64,000 bases of DNA, taken from an uncultured Chloroflexia bacterium (GTDB lineage Bacteria > Chloroflexota > Dehalococcoidia > DSTF01 > JALHUB01). The notes beneath the pieces were generated by a model. The model worked only from the letters and a program-made list of their open reading frames with translations, did no database searches and was not told where the DNA came from. The DNA is taken from assembly GCA_963703345.1 (NCBI GenBank), contig OY969814.1:192001-256000 (forward strand), in the 5' to 3' direction. The translations under genes and the position numbers were made by a program. Positions 28,099-38,142 of the stretch are shown in pieces (the stretch's first letter is position 1; the number at the start of each line of letters is the position of its first letter).

Positions 28099-29475
28099 GT
28101 GGCAAGGAGTACATCATCACTGCGCCCACTTCCCTCCTCCGGAGGAGGCCTGCGGCAAAGATTGCTGCTAGCCTTCCTCGCCCTTTTCTTCGCAGGTGGC
28201 GCCGCCTATGGCTCGCTGATCCTCGCGAGCCGAGTTTATCCCATTCTGTTCCCCGGCAGCACCATTCCAATCCACATTGGACTGCCCTACGTTGATCAGC
28301 AGTCCAGCAACGATCCTTCGCCCATCAGCAAACGAATGAATATCCTTATCATGGGCCTCGACAGGCGCCCACAGGAGGGAGATATCTTCACGCGGACCGA
28401 CACCATGATCATCGCCACAATCGATCCGCAAACCAAGACGGCCGGCATCCTGGGGATACCGAGAGATACCTACGTGAAGATACCGTGCTATTCCGAAGAC
28501 CGCATCAACACGGCTCTCGAGTATGGACAGACATCCGACTACTCCGGCGGCGGCCCGCAATGCGCGAAGGACACGATCCAGAACAACTTTGGCATCAAGA
28601 TCGATCACTACATCATCATTGACTTCAGCGCCTTCAAGGAGGTGATCGATTCTCTTGGCGGCATCGACGTGGATGTCCCGGACTACCTCAATGACCCGCT
28701 TTACTCCGACACGGAGAGGCTGGGCGACTTCTTCCCGCTGCATTTCGTTCCCGGCATGCAGCATATGGATGGAAGGACGGCGCTCGGCTACGCGCGCAGC
28801 CGAAATACGACCAGCGACCTGGACCGAATTCAACGGCAGCAGCGCGTGATATTCGCAGTCATGGACAAAGCTATGAGTCTCGACGTCGTGCCCCACGCCC
28901 TTGACTTGTGGCAGAAGTACAAGCACACGATAGTCACTGACATCAGCGACTTCATGATCCCCGGCTTCGCCAAGCTGGCTACCGACATCCCACAGGACCG
29001 CATCAGTGCCCTTTCTTTGGGCCCCTGCACCGCACCCTGGACAACGCCCGGCGGCGCGGACGTCCTGCTGCCGTCGAAAGAGGGATGCGCACGTATCGTC
29101 AATGCCCTCTTCTATGATCAGCAGTTATCGGCGGAGAGCGCAGTCGTCGAAGTGCGAGACGGCACGACGAGCAACGAGGACGTTGCTGCGAAGGCCGTAG
29201 GTCTCCTGGTCAACCTCGGGTTTCCTCAGGGGTCGGTTGTCGAATCGAAAGCACCGCCAAACGGAACCGTGGCTAACACGGAGGTTGTGGACTATACCGG
29301 AAAAATCTACAGCGCGGGCAAGATTGCCGAATGGCTAGGCCTTCCCGCGACGGCCGTGCGCGACTCTACCCCGCTTGACGCCGACCTGCTCACAACCAAC
29401 GCCGACATCGTCGTCCTCCTTGGAGATGATGCCAATCTGGGGGCGCTGACGTCAACTTCAGCGGGAAGCCCGTAG
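28099..29475 (+). CDS. LCP (LytR-CpsA-Psr) family protein with LytR_C-like C-terminal domain
   Basis: Single TM, NILIMGLD, RTDTM, IPRDTY, RINTA, ARSR and SDLDRIQRQQ. Confidence 0.92.
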   Translation: MARSTSSLRPLPSSGGGLRQRLLLAFLALFFAGGAAYGSLILASRVYPILFPGSTIPIHIGLPYVDQQSSNDPSPISKRMNILIMGLDRRPQEGDIFTRTDTMIIATIDPQTKTAGILGIPRDTYVKIPCYSEDRINTALEYGQTSDYSGGGPQCAKDTIQNNFGIKIDHYIIIDFSAFKEVIDSLGGIDVDVPDYLNDPLYSDTERLGDFFPLHFVPGMQHMDGRTALGYARSRNTTSDLDRIQRQQRVIFAVMDKAMSLDVVPHALDLWQKYKHTIVTDISDFMIPGFAKLATDIPQDRISALSLGPCTAPWTTPGGADVLLPSKEGCARIVNALFYDQQLSAESAVVEVRDGTTSNEDVAAKAVGLLVNLGFPQGSVVESKAPPNGTVANTEVVDYTGKIYSAGKIAEWLGLPATAVRDSTPLDADLLTTNADIVVLLGDDANLGALTSTSAGSP

Positions 29476-29524
29476 GCGGCGAATCCATCAGGCGCGGTGA
29501 ACCTCCGCCTGCTTCGAGAAGTCT

Positions 29525-30004
29525 CTACTTGCTCTTCGTCTTTGCCGGCGTCTTTGCCGGCGTCTTTGCCGGCGTCTTTGCCGGCGTCTTTCCTGGCGTC
29601 TTTGCTGGCGTCTTCGCGGGCGCTTTCTTCGCGGGAGCCTTGCGGGTCGCTGCCTTCGAAGAGGTGGTGGTTGAGGCCGCTTTCTTCGTGACCCTGCGAG
29701 CCGGCTTTGCCGCCTGCTCCGCTTGAGCGATGGCTGCTGCTGCGGTTGCGGAGTTCAGCTTGAGCATTAGCCGCGACTTATGTCGAGCCGCGTTGTTGGG
29801 GTGGATGACGCCTTTCTCGGCCGCTCTGTCCAGCGCGCTAACGGCCTCGCGAACGGCCGCCTGCGCCTCCTCGACCCGGCCTTCCCCGATAAGCGGCAGC
29901 GCCCTTCGTATCCGCGTGCGGGTTGCCCCGCGGACTGACTTGTTCCGCGCACGCCTTCGCTCGGCTTGTCGTACGCGCTTCTCTGCCGACCGGCTGTGAG
30001 TCAA
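29525..30004 (-). CDS. rpsT: 30S ribosomal protein S20 with Lys/Ala/Pro/Thr-rich tail
   Basis: SAEKR.RQ..RR..RN and LD.AA.KG.IH.N.AAR.KSRL. TTG start with AAGGAG RBS. Confidence 0.93.
   Translation of the reverse strand: MTHSRSAEKRVRQAERRRARNKSVRGATRTRIRRALPLIGEGRVEEAQAAVREAVSALDRAAEKGVIHPNNAARHKSRLMLKLNSATAAAAIAQAEQAAKPARRVTKKAASTTTSSKAATRKAPAKKAPAKTPAKTPGKTPAKTPAKTPAKTPAKTKSK
29537..29620. repeat. 12-bp tandem repeat (cgtctttgccgg) encoding PAKT
   Basis: Several exact and degenerate copies inside the rpsT 3' end. Confidence 0.9.
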
Positions 30005-30119
30005 GACCTCGCTCCTTCAATATGCTAGGAGTAATATTAGACGACAGTTGACCTCGTGTCTAGAGCGGCTTTCTCCCCGGACCATCGCTGATGCGCAAAC
30101 GAAAATACGGGGCAGGCGG

Positions 30120-31760
30120 ATGACAAGAGAGCGGACGATGCCGGCGAGCGACGGTCTTGCCGCCGCTGCCGTCATCGTCGGGATAGGCTTCCTTGGCAGT
30201 CGGCTGCTCGGTCTCCTGCGCACCGTGGTGATCGCCCACAGCTTCGGCACCAGCCCGGAGCTGGGCGCCTACTGGGTCGCCTTTCGCCTCCCCGACATGG
30301 TCTTCCAAGTGCTGGCCGGAGCAACCCTTGCCAGCGCTTTCATCCCCGTCTTCTCCCGCTACGTCACGCGCGGAAACCGGGAAGAAGCGTGGCGGCTGGC
30401 CAGCTCGGTGCTCAACCTTGTGTTCATTGCCACCGGTGTTCTGGCGCTCATCGGCCTACTTCTGGCGCCGCTGCTGGTCCCGCTCATGGCGCCCGGGCTC
30501 GGCCAGGACTCGGGCAGGCAGGCTGAGTTGCAAGGGCTGGCTGTTCACCTCACCAGGATAATGCTGATTTCTCCCGTCTTCTTCTCGGTGAGCGGGATGT
30601 TTATGGGGATATCGAACGCCCGCCATCATTTCCTCTTCCCCGCGCTGGCGCCCTGGACGTACAACCTGTCGATCATCATTGCTGCCCTCGTGTCGCACAG
30701 CGTCGAGGGCCTAGCGATCGGCGTTGTCGTCGGCTCGTTCGTTCACCTGGCGATACAGCTCCCGGCGGTGCGGCTGATCGGCATGCTCTACCGGCCGGTC
30801 GCTGACTGGCGCGACCCTGGCGTGCGCGAAGTGGGAAAACTCATGCTGCCGAGAGCGCTTGGCTTGGCCGCCGCTCAGCTCAACTTCCTCGTGACCATCT
30901 TCTTCGCCTCGAAAGTGAGCGACGAGGCGATCTCGGCCGTCAACTACGCATGGCTCATCGTCATGATGCCGCTGGGCCTGTTCGGCATGGCGATGTCGAC
31001 CGCCGTCTTCCCCACACTCGCGGAGCAAGCCGCCACGAAGAGCATGGATGCCTTGCGCCACACTCTTTCCGGCACCCTGCGCCTAATACTGTTTCTCACC
31101 CTGCCGGCCAGCGTCGGCCTGATGATCCTGGGCAAGCCGCTGATCACCTTCCTCTTCGAGCACGGCGCCTTTACCGCCGCATCGACGGACGTCACGGTCG
31201 CCGCGCTATTCTTCTATGCGATAGGACTATTCGCGCAAGGAGGCATCGAGATCCTCAGCCGCGGATTCTATGCCCTCAGCGACACGCGGACCCCCGTCGC
31301 CTTCGCGGTCGCCGCCATGGCGGCCAACCTGCTGCTCTGCCTCGTGCTCGTCGGACCTTTGGGCGTCAAAGGCCTGGGGCTGGCGCTCTCCCTCAGCGCC
31401 ATCCTGGAGTTCTCGCTCCTCTTCCGTGTCCTCCGACAGCGACTTGGCGGACTGGACGAAGAGAAGTTGGTTGGCTCGGTCACGAAGTCGAGCGCCGCAA
31501 CCGTAGTCATGGCCGAGGTCGTCGGACTGTTGGCTCTCCTGCTGCACGCCACCGGCCACTTCAACACCGGCACCGTCAGCGACGCCTTCCTCGCCCTGTT
31601 CGGCGGCAGCGTCATCGGCGTCGGCGTATTCTTCGCTGTTTCGTCTTTTCTCGCCCACGAAGAGATGGACCTGCTCCAGCGGCGGTTACCCTTCCTCCGC
31701 TCCGTCAATCTCTTCGCCCGCTTGAGCGAGGGCGCGGGCAGGGCGCGCCCTTCCTTCTAG
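30120..31760 (+). CDS. murJ: lipid II flippase MurJ/MviN
   Basis: SRLLGL.R, AFRLPD, AFIPVF, PLG.FG and FYALSDTRTP; polytopic membrane protein. Confidence 0.93.
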   Translation: MTRERTMPASDGLAAAAVIVGIGFLGSRLLGLLRTVVIAHSFGTSPELGAYWVAFRLPDMVFQVLAGATLASAFIPVFSRYVTRGNREEAWRLASSVLNLVFIATGVLALIGLLLAPLLVPLMAPGLGQDSGRQAELQGLAVHLTRIMLISPVFFSVSGMFMGISNARHHFLFPALAPWTYNLSIIIAALVSHSVEGLAIGVVVGSFVHLAIQLPAVRLIGMLYRPVADWRDPGVREVGKLMLPRALGLAAAQLNFLVTIFFASKVSDEAISAVNYAWLIVMMPLGLFGMAMSTAVFPTLAEQAATKSMDALRHTLSGTLRLILFLTLPASVGLMILGKPLITFLFEHGAFTAASTDVTVAALFFYAIGLFAQGGIEILSRGFYALSDTRTPVAFAVAAMAANLLLCLVLVGPLGVKGLGLALSLSAILEFSLLFRVLRQRLGGLDEEKLVGSVTKSSAATVVMAEVVGLLALLLHATGHFNTGTVSDAFLALFGGSVIGVGVFFAVSSFLAHEEMDLLQRRLPFLRSVNLFARLSEGAGRARPSF

Positions 31761-31895
31761 TCGCTCTGAATCTGGGACAGCCGGTGTGCGTGTTTGTCGA
31801 ACTTGCTTCGGCCTTGCGCTGGCCGGTGCCTGCGGCGTATAATTCCCTTGAACGCCGAATCCGCTCGGCGCGATTTTCCTAATCGGAGACGGGTC

Positions 31896-32249
31896 TTGAG
31901 TTTTGCCGACAAGGCATTGATCTGCCGCGACTGTAATGGCAGTTTCGTCTTTACGGCCGGCGAGCAGGAGTTCTACGCGAGCAAAGGGCTGCAGAATGAG
32001 CCGGTGCGCTGCCCTTCCTGTCGTACTGCCCGCAAGAACGCCCGCACGAACGAGGCCGAGGACGGCTATGTGCGCTACGGCGCCTTCGCCAGCTTCGGCG
32101 GCCGCACACCTCGCCAGATGCATCCTGCTACCTGCGCCGAGTGCGGGATGATGACTGAAGTCCCGTTCGTCCCCAGAGGCGACCGCCCCGTCTATTGCAG
32201 CACCTGCTACAACAAGCTCCGCGCCCAGGCGAAAACCTCCGAGCTCTAG
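31896..32249 (+). CDS. zinc-ribbon protein with CxxC-x17-CxxC domain (paralog of 25056)
   Basis: FADK.L.C.DC...F.FTAGEQEFY, P.RCPSCR and VPF.PRGDRPVYCS.C. Confidence 0.9.
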   Translation: MSFADKALICRDCNGSFVFTAGEQEFYASKGLQNEPVRCPSCRTARKNARTNEAEDGYVRYGAFASFGGRTPRQMHPATCAECGMMTEVPFVPRGDRPVYCSTCYNKLRAQAKTSEL

Positions 32250-32276
32250 TCCTTACGTCCCAAGTCCGACTTCCGG

Positions 32277-32305
32277 TTGACGCCGCCTCTGCCGATACCT
32301 ATACT
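32277..32305 (+). promoter_or_regulatory. sigma70 promoter of the ileS leader
   Basis: TTGACG-N17-TATACT. Confidence 0.8.
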
Positions 32306-32317
32306 TGATACTTGCGA

Positions 32318-32584
32318 AAGGCTTTGACGGAGACGAGTAGGCAGGTCGCGCCGAGCAGCGAGTCCAGGTCGGTGGAAGTGGACGCGGCAACGCCGGTCGA
32401 AGATCCCTCCCGAGCCGCCGACTGAACGACAGGCCGTCAAGTAGGCTCGGCCGGAGCGCTCACCGTTACCAGGGGCAGGGGCATCGGAGGCATGCCCCGA
32501 AAAGTGGTCGCCTCAGGCGACAACGAGGGTGGTACCGCGGGTACGAATCCGGCCCGTCCCTTTCCAGGGGCGGGATTCTTTTTG
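32318..32584 (+). ncRNA. T-box riboswitch (Ile specifier)
   Basis: AGTA, AGCGAG and GGTGGAA stem I motifs, specifier GAAG-ATC (ATC at 32403-32405), CCGTTA, T-box AACGAGGGTGGTACCGCG at 32522-32539, and terminator GAATCC..GGATTC-TTTTT. Confidence 0.93.
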
Positions 32585-32596
32585 TGGAGTCGAAGC

Positions 32597-35500
32597 ATGT
32601 TCAAACCGGTTCCGACGAAGGTAGACTTCCCCGCGCTGGAGCGCGAGATCCTCCGCTGGTGGGAAGAGCAGGGCATGATGCGGAAATACCTGCGCCGTAA
32701 CCAGGACTCGCCACGCCGCTGGTCATTCATCGACGGCCCGATCACCGCCAACAACCCAATGGGCGTCCACCACGCCTGGGGGAGGACCTACAAGGACCTC
32801 TACCAGCGCCTGAAGACCATGCAGGGCTTTCGCCAGCGCTATCAGAACGGCTTCGACTGCCAGGGCCTCTGGATCGAGGTCGAGGTCGAACGCGAGATGG
32901 GCTTCAAGTCCAAGCGCGACATCGAAGAGTTCGGCATCGCCCGCTTCGTCGAAGCCTGCAAGGCGCGCGTCCGCAAGTTCTCCGCCATCCAGACCGAGCA
33001 ATCGATTCGCCTCGGCTACTGGATGGACTGGGACAACTCCTACTACACGTTCTCCGACGAAAACAACTACACCATCTGGCACTTCCTCAAGCGCTGCCAT
33101 GAGAACGGCTGGCTGTACAAGGGGCACGACGTCATGCCCTGGTGCCCTCGCTGCGCCACCGGCCTATCGCAGCATGAAATAGTGACCGAAGGCTACCGCG
33201 AGCTGACCCATCCCAGCGTCTTTCTCCGGCTTCCGCTGGACGGCCGCCAGAACGAGTACCTGCTGGTCTGGACGACGACTCCCTGGACGCTATCGGCAAA
33301 CGTGGCTGCCGCCGTTCACCCCGGCCTCACCTACGCCCGCGTCCGCCTGGGCGACGACGTCTACTACCTGGCGAAGGCGGCGCTGGGCCGGCTCCAGGGC
33401 GACTACGAAGTGCTCGATGAGTTGCGCGGCGAAGCGATGCTCGGCTGGACGTACCGCGGCCCCTACGACGAGCTGCCGCGCCAGGAAGGCGTTGAGCACA
33501 AGGTCATCCCATGGGAAGAGGTCAGCGAGACGGAGGGCACCGGCATCGTCCACATTGCCCCGGGCTGCGGCAAGGAGGACTTCGAGCTCGGGAAGCAGTT
33601 CGGCCTTGCCGTCATCGCGCCTCTCGACGAGTCCGGCAACTTCCTCGAAGGCTACGGCTGGCTGAGCGGCCGCAACGTCGGCGAGGTGGCGCAGCCGGTC
33701 TTCGACCACCTTCAGCGCAAAGGCATCCTCTATCGCACCGAAGACTACACCCACCGCTATCCCGTCTGCTGGCGTTGCGACAGCGAGCTCGTGTTCCGCC
33801 TCGTCGATGAGTGGTTCATCTCGATGGACGAGCTGCGCAACCGCATCGCCGACGTCACGAAGCGGATTCGCTGGATACCTGAGTTCGGCCTAGCGCGGGA
33901 GCTCGATTGGCTGCAGAACATGGAAGACTGGATGATATCGAAGAAGCGCTACTACGGGCTGGCGCTTCCCATCTACGAATGCGATTGCGGCGTCATCAAC
34001 GTCATCGGCGGTGAGGACGAGCTGGAGGCGCGCGCCGTCGAAGGTTGGGACGAGTTCGCGGGGCATTCGCCGCACAAGCCCTGGATCGACGCCGTCAAGA
34101 TAAGCTGCTCGGAATGTGGCAAGACGCTGTCGCGCATTCCGGACGTCGGCACGCCCTGGCTCGACGCCGGAATTGTGCCTTACTCGACGCTCGACTACCG
34201 TCACAATCGACCCTACTGGGAGGAGTGGTTCCCCGCCGACTGGATATCGGAGAGCTTTCCCGGACAGTTCCGGAACTGGTTCTACTCGCTCCTCGCCATG
34301 AGCACGGTGCTGGAGAACCGCGAGCCGTTCCGCACCTGCTTTGGCTACGCGCTCCTCCGCGACGAGCAGGGCGAGGAGATGCACAAGAGCAAGGGAAACG
34401 CCATCTGGTTCGACGAGGCCGCCGACCGCATGGGTGTCGACGTGATGCGCTGGTTGTTCTGCCGCCACAATCCAAGCGCCAATCTTGACTTCGGCTGGCA
34501 CAGCGGCGACGAGGTCCTGCGCGGCTTCATCCTGACGCTTTGGAACACCTACTCCTTCTTCGTCACCTACGCCAACATCGACCGTTTCGAAGGCCAGGCG
34601 GCCAGCGAAACCTCGCGTTCCGATCTCGACCGCTGGCTGCTCTCCGGGCTGAATCAGCTCGTCGCCGACGTCACGGCTGATCTGGAGGAGTTCGACTCCG
34701 CAACCGCCACCCGCCGCATGGAGTCCTTTGTCGAGGACCTTTCGAACTGGTACGTGAGGCGCAGCCGCCGTCGCTTCTGGAAGAGCGAAGACGACGCCGA
34801 CAAGCGCGCCGCCTACGTTACCCTGCACACCTGCCTTGTCACCCTTAGCCGGCTGCTGGCGCCCTTCCTGCCGTTCCTTGCCGAGGAGATGTACCAGAAC
34901 CTCGTGCGGTCCCACGACGCCACCGCGCCGGAAAGCGCCCACCTCTGCGACTGGCCGGTCGCGGACCGCGCGCTGATCGACGAACGGTTGAACGAGGATA
35001 CGCGCCTCGTGATGCGCCTCGTGAGCCTGGGACGGGCCGCCAGGAGCAAAGCCGGCATCAAGGTACGCCAGCCGCTGCCCCGGGCCTACGTGAAGGTGAC
35101 CAGTCATTCGGAAGAAGAAGCGGCGCGCCGGCTCGAAAGCCAGGTCCTCGATGAGCTGAACGTCAAGGAGCTCGTGTTCGTCAAGGACGAGGCCGACTTC
35201 GTCGAGTACCAGGTGCGCCTCAACGCGGCGCTCCTGGGCCCCAAGTACGGCGGCGCGCTGCGGCAAATCGAAGAAGAGCTGCGCAAGCTGGATCCGGCGT
35301 CCGTCGCCGCGGCAATCGCGGATGGAACGCATATCGTCGCCGGCGAGTGGCGGTTGGAGCCTTCCGAGCTCCAGGTGATCGTGAACGATAGGGAGGGCTA
35401 TCGAACGGCGATGGAAGCGGGATACGCCGTCACCGTTCCTACCGAAATCGACGCGGAGTTGCTGGACGAAGGGATGGCGCGCGAGATAGTCCACCGCCTC

Positions 35501-35722
35501 CAGACCATGCGCCGCAACGCCGGCTTCGACATCGCCGACCGCATCGTCACTTACTACCAGGGCGACGAACCGGTCCGCCGCGTCATCACTAACTTCGGGG
35601 ACTACATCCGGCAGGAGACGCTGTCCGTCGATATCGTACTGGAAGCGCCGCCCGCCGCTGCGCACGTCGAGGAGCACATCGTCGATGGACAGACGGTGAC
35701 GCTCGGCGTGGTCCGGTCATAG
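32597..35722 (+). CDS. ileS: isoleucine--tRNA ligase, type 2
   Basis: DGPITAN, WTTTPWTL, GTGIVHIAP, DW.IS and type-2 C-terminus (EG.AREIVHRLQTMR). HIGH is GVHH and KMSKS is EMHKS. Ile T-box upstream. Confidence 0.97.
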   Translation: MFKPVPTKVDFPALEREILRWWEEQGMMRKYLRRNQDSPRRWSFIDGPITANNPMGVHHAWGRTYKDLYQRLKTMQGFRQRYQNGFDCQGLWIEVEVEREMGFKSKRDIEEFGIARFVEACKARVRKFSAIQTEQSIRLGYWMDWDNSYYTFSDENNYTIWHFLKRCHENGWLYKGHDVMPWCPRCATGLSQHEIVTEGYRELTHPSVFLRLPLDGRQNEYLLVWTTTPWTLSANVAAAVHPGLTYARVRLGDDVYYLAKAALGRLQGDYEVLDELRGEAMLGWTYRGPYDELPRQEGVEHKVIPWEEVSETEGTGIVHIAPGCGKEDFELGKQFGLAVIAPLDESGNFLEGYGWLSGRNVGEVAQPVFDHLQRKGILYRTEDYTHRYPVCWRCDSELVFRLVDEWFISMDELRNRIADVTKRIRWIPEFGLARELDWLQNMEDWMISKKRYYGLALPIYECDCGVINVIGGEDELEARAVEGWDEFAGHSPHKPWIDAVKISCSECGKTLSRIPDVGTPWLDAGIVPYSTLDYRHNRPYWEEWFPADWISESFPGQFRNWFYSLLAMSTVLENREPFRTCFGYALLRDEQGEEMHKSKGNAIWFDEAADRMGVDVMRWLFCRHNPSANLDFGWHSGDEVLRGFILTLWNTYSFFVTYANIDRFEGQAASETSRSDLDRWLLSGLNQLVADVTADLEEFDSATATRRMESFVEDLSNWYVRRSRRRFWKSEDDADKRAAYVTLHTCLVTLSRLLAPFLPFLAEEMYQNLVRSHDATAPESAHLCDWPVADRALIDERLNEDTRLVMRLVSLGRAARSKAGIKVRQPLPRAYVKVTSHSEEEAARRLESQVLDELNVKELVFVKDEADFVEYQVRLNAALLGPKYGGALRQIEEELRKLDPASVAAAIADGTHIVAGEWRLEPSELQVIVNDREGYRTAMEAGYAVTVPTEIDAELLDEGMAREIVHRLQTMRRNAGFDIADRIVTYYQGDEPVRRVITNFGDYIRQETLSVDIVLEAPPAAAHVEEHIVDGQTVTLGVVRS

Positions 35723-35740
35723 ATCAGCAGCAAGAGGAAC

Positions 35741-35776
35741 AAGAAAGAGGAGTCCTGTTCGGACTCCTCTTTCTTC
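35741..35776. terminator. bidirectional intrinsic terminator
   Basis: AAGAAAGAGGAGTCC-tgttc-GGACTCCTCTTTCTT between convergent genes. Confidence 0.85.
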
Positions 35777-35794
35777 TCAAACGGGGAGGCGCGG

Positions 35795-36589
35795 TTACGG
35801 GTTGGGTGTAACTGGCGTGTTCGTGGCCGTTGGCGTGGACGTTAGCGTGGGCGTGGAGCTTGGCGTCGGCGTGCACGTGCCGCCGGCGCAGGGTGTCGCC
35901 GTCTTCGTCGGCGTCGGCGTGCGGGTGGCTAGACCTTCGAGATCATCCGGACCGACAACGACCGGCGCCGTCACGTCGTTCGGATTGTGAGTAACAGCGT
36001 CAACCCATATTTCGAACTGGGTTGCGTCGTCGTCCTGCTCAAGTGAGACGTCAAAAGTCCCCGTCCGGCCATTTCTAATGTTGGCGGGACTCGTGAACGC
36101 GCGCCCCACCTTCACGACCTTGCCGTCGTTGTCGAGCAAGGCGACGCAGACCTGGACCTGGAACAAATCGTCGCTGCCGACGTCTATATCACCCGTGATG
36201 TGAGTCGTGTCGCCGCTCGTGGTTGTTGCCACATTGTTCACGTCGAGGTCAGCCTCGGCCTTGGTCCCGAACGTGACAGGTCTAAGAGTGGTCTGAACGT
36301 GATCGACCGTGACGCCGGAAGGCAGGATCGCTTCAACCGGCGAGTCGGAATGGTCCTGCAGCGTGCGGGTGCAGGGGCTAGCGAACTCCGTGGCGATGAG
36401 CCGGTTGCTGCTATCGAAGAAGTCCACCTCGACGGAAGCGGCAACGATATCGGCATTGGTGAGGTTGCTGGCAAGGGCGACGAAATGCGTGTTGTCGTTC
36501 GTGTCTGTGTACAGCGTGCTAAAACGTACGACGCAGCCCGCCGCGAGGATGCCCGTAAGGGCGAGGACGAGGATGAGTAGGCGCTTCAT
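35795..36589 (-). CDS. putative lipoprotein with Pro/Thr-rich tail
   Basis: Signal peptide with lipobox LAAGC, beta-rich body and TP repeats. AAGGAG RBS. Confidence 0.75.
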   Translation of the reverse strand: MKRLLILVLALTGILAAGCVVRFSTLYTDTNDNTHFVALASNLTNADIVAASVEVDFFDSSNRLIATEFASPCTRTLQDHSDSPVEAILPSGVTVDHVQTTLRPVTFGTKAEADLDVNNVATTTSGDTTHITGDIDVGSDDLFQVQVCVALLDNDGKVVKVGRAFTSPANIRNGRTGTFDVSLEQDDDATQFEIWVDAVTHNPNDVTAPVVVGPDDLEGLATRTPTPTKTATPCAGGTCTPTPSSTPTLTSTPTATNTPVTPNP

Positions 36590-36779
36590 GATGGCTCCTT
36601 TCGGTGTGTATGGGGTTCGGCAGCTCGGCGGTCTACTTTCATAATAACGCGCGTCGAGAAGGGAAGTTAACGCTGGCTACGGTAATCTTTCGCCATCGAG
36701 GAATTGTCTAAGGTCGCGGCTTCCTTGCGGCCTTGGGCGCGGCTATAATCCTGCATAGCTGGCATTCGAGGATGAGGAC

Positions 36780-37937
36780 GTGAGCGATTCCGACAAGGGC
36801 AGCGCGAAAACGGGGCGGCTCCGCTACCGGCGCATCGTCGCCAAGCTGGGCACGAACCTGCTGACGGCCGGCAGCGACCGCCTCGACCTGGAGGCGATGT
36901 CGTCGCTGATCGGGCAGGTGGCGCGTCTGCACGACATGGGAGCGGAGGTGATCGTCGTGTCGTCGGGCGCGATTGCGGCGGGACGGCAGCGCCTGGGGAA
37001 CGTGCGCACGCGTCGCGACATCCCCATTCGTCAGGTGCTCGCCGCCGCCGGTCAGAGCTACCTGATGCAGCGCTACGACCAGCTCTTCTCGGAGCACGAC
37101 ATGGTGGCGGCGCAGACGCTGCTCAGCCGTCGAGACCTGTCGGACCGCGTGGGCTATCTGAACGCCCGCAACACGCTGCTGGCGCTGCTGGAGCTGGGCG
37201 CGGTGCCGGTCGTCAATGAGAACGACGTGGTGGCGGTCGAGGAGATAGAGGGCGCCAAGATAGGCGACAACGACAACCTTTCGGCGCTGGTGGCGAACCT
37301 GGTCGACGCCGACCTGCTGGCGTTGCTGACCGACACGGCGGGGCTGTACACGGCTGACCCGCGTCTCGACCCTTCTGCGAAGCCCATCCCTCAAGTGGAC
37401 CGCATCGACGAGGAGGTGGAGCGGCTGGCCGGCGGGCCGTCGCACCCGGGCGAGCGCGGCACGGGCGGCATGACGACGAAGGTGCAGGCGGCGCGGCTGG
37501 CGACTTCGGGCGGGACGGCGGTCGTCATTGCCGACGGGTCGGAGGGCGACGTGCTGGTGCGGCTTGCGCAGGGCGAGTCGCTGGGGACGCTCTTCCCGCC
37601 GCGGGTGGAGGGGATGGAGAGCCGCAAGCGCTGGATGCTGTCGCGGTTGGGCGTGCGCGGCCGGATCGTGGTGGACGCGGGCGCGGCGAGAGCGCTGCGT
37701 CGGGAGAGGAAGAGTCTGTTGCCGGCGGGCGTGCTCGAGGTGGATGGAACGTTCGAGCGGGGCGAAGCGGTGGACATCTGCGGGCCGGACGGGGAACGGA
37801 TAGCCTGCGGCATCGCGAACTACGGTCGGGACGAGGTGGAGGCGATTCGCGGGCTGCGGTCGGAGCGGATTGAGGAGACGCTAGGGTACGAGTTCGGGTC
37901 GGAGGTCGTCCACCGGAACAACATGGTGCTGCTCTAG
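36780..37937 (+). CDS. proB: glutamate 5-kinase
   Basis: KLGT, VSSGA, NEND, GDNDNL, GTGGM.TK and a PUA domain. Confidence 0.96.
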   Translation: MSDSDKGSAKTGRLRYRRIVAKLGTNLLTAGSDRLDLEAMSSLIGQVARLHDMGAEVIVVSSGAIAAGRQRLGNVRTRRDIPIRQVLAAAGQSYLMQRYDQLFSEHDMVAAQTLLSRRDLSDRVGYLNARNTLLALLELGAVPVVNENDVVAVEEIEGAKIGDNDNLSALVANLVDADLLALLTDTAGLYTADPRLDPSAKPIPQVDRIDEEVERLAGGPSHPGERGTGGMTTKVQAARLATSGGTAVVIADGSEGDVLVRLAQGESLGTLFPPRVEGMESRKRWMLSRLGVRGRIVVDAGAARALRRERKSLLPAGVLEVDGTFERGEAVDICGPDGERIACGIANYGRDEVEAIRGLRSERIEETLGYEFGSEVVHRNNMVLL

Positions 37938-38075
37938 CGCCGCTGGGCGCTTGCCTGCTGGCTTGCCTGCTGGCCGGCGCCCTCCTGCCACCGCCACCCG
38001 CGTTGCGCTTAGCTGCAAGCAACCGCTCGTATTCCCGCCCGCCCACCCACATATGTTTTTCTCGAAGAAAGAGTC

Positions 38076-38128
38076 TCAGGGGGACACCCCCTGAAACCCC
38101 CGGCAGAGGAGGCCCTCTGCACTCCCTC
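38076..38128. repeat. double-hairpin MITE/REP-like element
   Basis: CAGGGG-gaca-CCCCCTG followed by GCAGAGG-aggc-CCTCTGC in an intergenic position. Single copy in this window. Confidence 0.45.
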
Positions 38129-38142
38129 TTGAGGAAGACGCA

